The translations under genes and the position numbers were made by a program. From Nitrosotalea sp. (GTDB lineage Archaea > Thermoproteota > Nitrososphaeria > Nitrososphaerales > Nitrosopumilaceae), in NCBI GenBank assembly GCA_050749405.1, contig JBOGRD010000002.1, positions 155,754 to 174,628 of the forward strand: a DNA stretch of 18,875 nt. The letters run 5' to 3'. The notes under the pieces were generated by a model that made no database searches, was not told where the DNA came from, and saw only the letters and a list, made by a program, of their open reading frames with translations. Below are positions 15,763 through 18,875 of the stretch, one piece after another (the stretch's first letter is position 1; each line of letters opens with the position of its first letter).

Positions 15763-16566
15763 TTATCTAGATCTTGTAAAGTACAGGGTAATTGACAATG
15801 CAAGGGGAAGTATTAGCGCAGGCAATGGAAATTCTGGAAGCGATTTATCTGGAGAGATCATCGTTCCCCACCGAGCCGGGCTTGGAATCTCTAGAGGCCC
15901 AACTGGACCGATATCGCGTGGATATGAATAAACTGTATTAGAATGAGAATCATAAACTCCGACATAAATGCCGTAAATATCCGATCTTCCAACCAGATCA
16001 ATTGGAATCCTAAATTCGTATGTTGAATGCGGAGTGGGTGTGTATCTGTCATTTTGATCCGAGATGCCGCCAACTGCAATAAAGCCATCGGGATTTGGAA
16101 TTATCTTGTAGTGACTTGTCAGCCCCAAGGGTGAGCCACCCTGCAACACAAAAGAATTTTTGCTATTCAGTACTGAAATAAAACAATAATAGCTAGAGTC
16201 AGGTATCTGCAGTTTGCTATCATTTGCATCAAGGCAGATGACTGCCCTGTCTGAGTTTTTAACAAAATTAGTTTGAGTCAGCGCATCAATCATAAAATAT
16301 AGATAATTTTCTTGGTGAGCTGACCTCAGTTCTATTCTTGTAGTATCGTTATATGTAAGGTCGTTAAGACTTGATTCCTTCCATTCTGTATAAAACGTCC
16401 ATTTGCCGTCAAAGATTACGTGATTTAGAGTACCGGTCTTTGTAATTAGTACCTGGTCGTCTGCAAACGCATTTGGCGAACTCTCAAAAAAAACAAAAAC
16501 CGCGATAAACAAGAGACCCAAAACAAAATGAAAATTGCCGTAATTTTTTCCGCAATATCTTACCAT
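15763..16566 (-). CDS. Secreted hypothetical protein with a PEFG-CTERM-like C-terminal sorting signal
   Basis: The signal peptide is ...FVLGLLFIAVFVFFESSPNAFA/DD. The beta-rich body has no family I recognise. The tail is PEFPLP + ALILPLALSITLYF + TRSR. The gene sits 20 nt upstream of the UDG gene on the same strand. Confidence 0.65.
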   Translation of the reverse strand: MVRYCGKNYGNFHFVLGLLFIAVFVFFESSPNAFADDQVLITKTGTLNHVIFDGKWTFYTEWKESSLNDLTYNDTTRIELRSAHQENYLYFMIDALTQTNFVKNSDRAVICLDANDSKLQIPDSSYYCFISVLNSKNSFVLQGGSPLGLTSHYKIIPNPDGFIAVGGISDQNDRYTPTPHSTYEFRIPIDLVGRSDIYGIYVGVYDSHSNTVYSYPRDIGPVGPLEIPSPARWGTMISPDKSLPEFPLPALILPLALSITLYFTRSR

Positions 16567-16670
16567 GAAATCATTTTTAATGATAACGATAAAAGCATTC
16601 GTTCAATTCCTGCTGGTCATCGATTAATGTTTATATCCAAAAAGAGAGACTAGAGTACGGCTCGCAAAAT

Positions 16671-16907
16671 TTGAATAAGAAGTCTATGATAGGCATAGGG
16701 GTTGGAATTGCAGTATCTTTTGCAATACTGGCAGTTCTTTCCAGTGCCGCTTTGGCACCAAATACTGGTAAGGTACCATCTAATGCAACTACAGCAGGGC
16801 CATCCTCTATTCCTGCTACAAACCCGTCCCTTTCCACCCCAACCACTCCAGCAAAGAAGAGCTATACCGTTGAATTGAACGAAACTGTCGGCATAGCTGC
16901 AAAGTAA
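16671..16907 (+). CDS. Small membrane-anchored protein with a Pro/Thr/Ser-rich linker (78 aa, or 73 aa from ATG 16686)
   Basis: The N-terminal hydrophobic helix is IGIGVGIAVSFAILAVLSSAALA, followed by PNTGKVPSNATTAGPSSIPATNPSLSTPTTP and a short C-terminal KKSYTVELNETVGIAAK. The track start is TTG, and ATG 16686 is an alternative. TTTATATCC at 16630-16638 is a plausible TATA box. Confidence 0.45.
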   Translation: MNKKSMIGIGVGIAVSFAILAVLSSAALAPNTGKVPSNATTAGPSSIPATNPSLSTPTTPAKKSYTVELNETVGIAAK

Positions 16908-16984
16908 GGTTATGCCAAATTGGTCATTGTTATCAATGATTTTTTCCATGACACTTAATATCATCAGACTAATAATGGAAGCAA

Positions 16985-17608
16985 ATGCAACGCTATACAA
17001 CCATAGCACTGTTCAGCGCTATTGCGCTTTCAGTGGGTATTCTAGGGGTCTACGGACTCGCTTCAGTACCTTCCACACTGAAAGTACAATCAGACACACA
17101 AAACATAGGTGCAGTTCCAATGTTGGGACACGTAACCATGACTGTGAAAGATGCGCAAGGAAACATACTGGCATACCATCAAGGCGACAACGTTGTGGTA
17201 AACCAAGCAGAAGACTGCTTGTCCAAGAAAGTATTTGGAATTGCTAGCAGCATATGCCCAGGTGGTGGCGCGGTCTATAACGTGATCGCAATTGGTAACG
17301 GAACTGTTACTTCAGCAAAGACAGACTCGGCACTAACTACTGAAGAGAGTGGAGTCGTAAACATGCAAAGAAAAACAGCTACGACACAAACTGAGACTGA
17401 TGCAACAGGTGTAGCACCTGTATCAGATGTGCTACAAGCACAATTTACCAACGATGGTACTACTGGCAATACCGTAAAAGAAGCTGGTTTGTTCAACAGC
17501 ACAACAGTTGGTGCTGTAGGAATGTTTGCTCACCAATCATCTTTTAGTGTGAGTCTCAATACTGGCGACTCGCTGACAGTCAAGTGGACAGTAACAATGG
17601 GAACATAA
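16985..17608 (+). CDS. N-terminally anchored or secreted hypothetical beta-rich protein (207 aa)
   Basis: ATG start. The N-terminal hydrophobic segment is TTIALFSAIALSVGILGVYGLA. The rest is Thr/Gly/Val-rich. The pattern NVVVNQAEDCL...IAIGNGT...TDSALTTEE...VKEAGLFNS...GDSLTVKWTVT resembles phage tail-collar-type domains; this is from memory and unverified. A terminator-like T8 follows. Confidence 0.6.
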   Translation: MQRYTTIALFSAIALSVGILGVYGLASVPSTLKVQSDTQNIGAVPMLGHVTMTVKDAQGNILAYHQGDNVVVNQAEDCLSKKVFGIASSICPGGGAVYNVIAIGNGTVTSAKTDSALTTEESGVVNMQRKTATTQTETDATGVAPVSDVLQAQFTNDGTTGNTVKEAGLFNSTTVGAVGMFAHQSSFSVSLNTGDSLTVKWTVTMGT

Positions 17609-17612
17609 AACA

Positions 17613-17635
17613 CGTCCATTTTTTTTGAAAGGACG
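17613..17635 (+). terminator. Terminator: CGTCC/GGACG hairpin enclosing a T8 tract
   Basis: CGTCC (17613-17617) pairs with GGACG (17631-17635). TTTTTTTT occupies 17619-17626, beginning 11 nt after the stop of the 16985 gene. Confidence 0.5.
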
Positions 17636-18017
17636 CCCCTCATATTTTTAATACCATGCAAAAATCAATTGTATTTGCAAAATCTACTAAATCAACTATT
17701 ATGACTAGTTCGGAAATTTGCAATAAAAATGTCCACAATTTTCAAACTGCAGATAATGTTTTCCTTCTTCCAGTTTCTTATGATTATGATCAATCATGAG
17801 ACAGAATTTGATGGATCTGCAAAGAATGGCATCTTTGGTTATTACCTCACGTTGTCTCATATAGTTGGTAGCGACATTTAATGAGTAATTTCCATTTTTG
17901 GCAGACCAATTTTATACGATTGTTTTTTTTACAAGAAACAATGATGGAACAAACCAAAGAATCATACTTGATAATAGTACAAAGGAGTATATTGTGTACA
18001 TATGATAGCATGAGAAA

Positions 18018-18875
18018 ATGAAGTTCAAGTTATTCATGGGCATAGCCTTTGTGGTCATACTCTTTTCATCTGTTTTCCTAGTTACAGCCATAAATTCAAA
18101 CAAGGTTTATGCACAAAATGGCGCCGATGTTTTCTTGAAAAGCATAACTAGAATTCCCGGTGGTGCTGTATTTCATTCACCATCGGGTGTTGCTCTTGAC
18201 ACATCAGGGCATATCTATGTGGCCGATGCTAACAATTATCGTGTAGCAGAATTTAGCAACTCCAGTACTTTCATTGCATCATTTGGTACTTTAGGACTTG
18301 GGGAACTTAACACAACATCAGGCGTTGCTGTTGATACATCAGGTAACGTATATGCCGCAGACACTGACCACAACCGCATTGTAGAGTTTTACAACAATGG
18401 TACTTTCATAAAATCATTTAGTAATGGGCTATCGTTCCCATCAGGCGTTGCTGTTGATACATCAGGTAACGTATATGCCGCAGACACTGACAACAACCGC
18501 ATTATAGAGTTTAATAACAGAACAGGCAATTTCGTTGCATCATTTGGATCCGGAACATTGTCATCACCATCAGGCGTTGCTGTTGATACATCAGGTAACG
18601 TATATGCCGCAGACACTGACAACAACCGCATTATAGAGTTTAATAACAGAACAGGCAATTTCGTTGCATCATTTGGCTCCGGAACATTATCCTCACCATC
18701 AGGCGTCGCTGTTGATACATCAGGTAATGTATATGCTGCAGACACTGGCAACAACCGCATTATAGAGTTTAATAACAGAACAGGCAATTTCGTTGCATCA
18801 TTTGGCTCCGGAACATTATCCTCACCATCAGGCGTCGCTGTTGATACATCAGGTAATGTATATGCTGCAGACACT
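18018..18875 (+). CDS. Secreted NHL-repeat beta-propeller protein, 5' partial (286 codons, continues past the right edge)
   Basis: This gene is not in the ORF track because no stop lies in the window. ATG 18018 is the first start after the in-frame TAG at 18006-18008. The signal peptide is MKFKLFMGIAFVVILFSSVFLVTAINSNKVYA/QNG. At least six NHL units follow, of the form SPSGVAVDTSGNVYAADTDNNRIIEFNN..G.FVASFGSG. I checked the reading frame codon by codon and it is open to base 18875. Confidence 0.88.
   Translation, partial: MKFKLFMGIAFVVILFSSVFLVTAINSNKVYAQNGADVFLKSITRIPGGAVFHSPSGVALDTSGHIYVADANNYRVAEFSNSSTFIASFGTLGLGELNTTSGVAVDTSGNVYAADTDHNRIVEFYNNGTFIKSFSNGLSFPSGVAVDTSGNVYAADTDNNRIIEFNNRTGNFVASFGSGTLSSPSGVAVDTSGNVYAADTDNNRIIEFNNRTGNFVASFGSGTLSSPSGVAVDTSGNVYAADTGNNRIIEFNNRTGNFVASFGSGTLSSPSGVAVDTSGNVYAADT
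18441..18875 (+). repeat. Tandem in-frame 129-bp (43-codon) repeats, about 3.4 copies visible, nearly or fully identical
   Basis: Unit starts (TCAGGCGT...) fall at 18441, 18570, 18699 and 18828. An older unit starts at 18318 (123-bp spacing) and a divergent one at ~18180. Copy 18699-18827 matches what is visible of copy 18828-18875 exactly. Copies 18570 and 18699 differ at only a handful of mostly synonymous sites. Confidence 0.92.

Noticed and set aside
16631-17247. ORFs 16631-16846(-), 16650-17009(-) and 16912-17247(+) overlapping the two small surface-protein genes
   Set aside because: They overlap better-supported genes that have TATA boxes, hydrophobic N-terminal anchors and a terminator. 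Their translations are Cys/Trp/Arg-rich with no motifs.
18389-18874. A 161-aa minus-strand ORF with an internally repeated sequence (AAYTLPDVSTATPDGEDNVPEPNDATKLPVLLLNSIMRLL x4)
   Set aside because: It is the antisense shadow of the plus-strand NHL-repeat gene. The plus frame has a start codon, a signal peptide and a canonical NHL consensus and is open to the window edge. The minus ORF is repetitive only because the DNA is repetitive.
18441-18875. Regularly spaced 129-bp repeats that could be taken for a CRISPR-like or satellite array
   Set aside because: The units are contiguous with no unique spacers, are a multiple of 3 in length, and are in frame with a protein repeat (NHL blades). This is a coding tandem repeat.

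Overview
The window looks like an AT-rich chromosomal segment from an ammonia-oxidising thaumarchaeon (Nitrososphaerota, Nitrosopumilales-like). This assignment is an inference from gene content: a CdvB/ESCRT-III division protein, cobalamin genes cbiT/cbiL/cbiF, an AcnX-type dehydratase pair, PEFG-CTERM-like sorting tails, and frequent TATA boxes about 25-30 bp upstream of start codons. Gene order, left to right: (1) a partial unknown gene; (2) cysH-sat for sulfate assimilation, followed by a secreted protein; (3) endonuclease III; (4) the AcnX large and small subunits; (5) a minus-strand operon of NFACT (Rqc2-like), a Mut7-C RNase and AMMECR1, joined by 4-nt overlaps; (6) a membrane protein; (7) cbiT, an orphan helical protein, and cbiL-cbiF; (8) an Lrp/AsnC regulator flanked by two small paralogous PepSY-like proteins; (9) a MurI-like protein with both catalytic cysteines replaced by serine; (10) CdvB; (11) a family-5 uracil-DNA glycosylase; (12) a cluster of secreted or anchored proteins that ends in an NHL beta-propeller gene running off the 3' edge. 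The NHL gene is absent from the ORF track and is built from near-identical 129-bp repeats. I found no rRNA, tRNA, CRISPR array or clear mobile element. Several ORF-track starts are TTG or GTG rather than ATG, and I revised two N-termini. All functional calls rest on motifs I recognised by eye; no searches were run.
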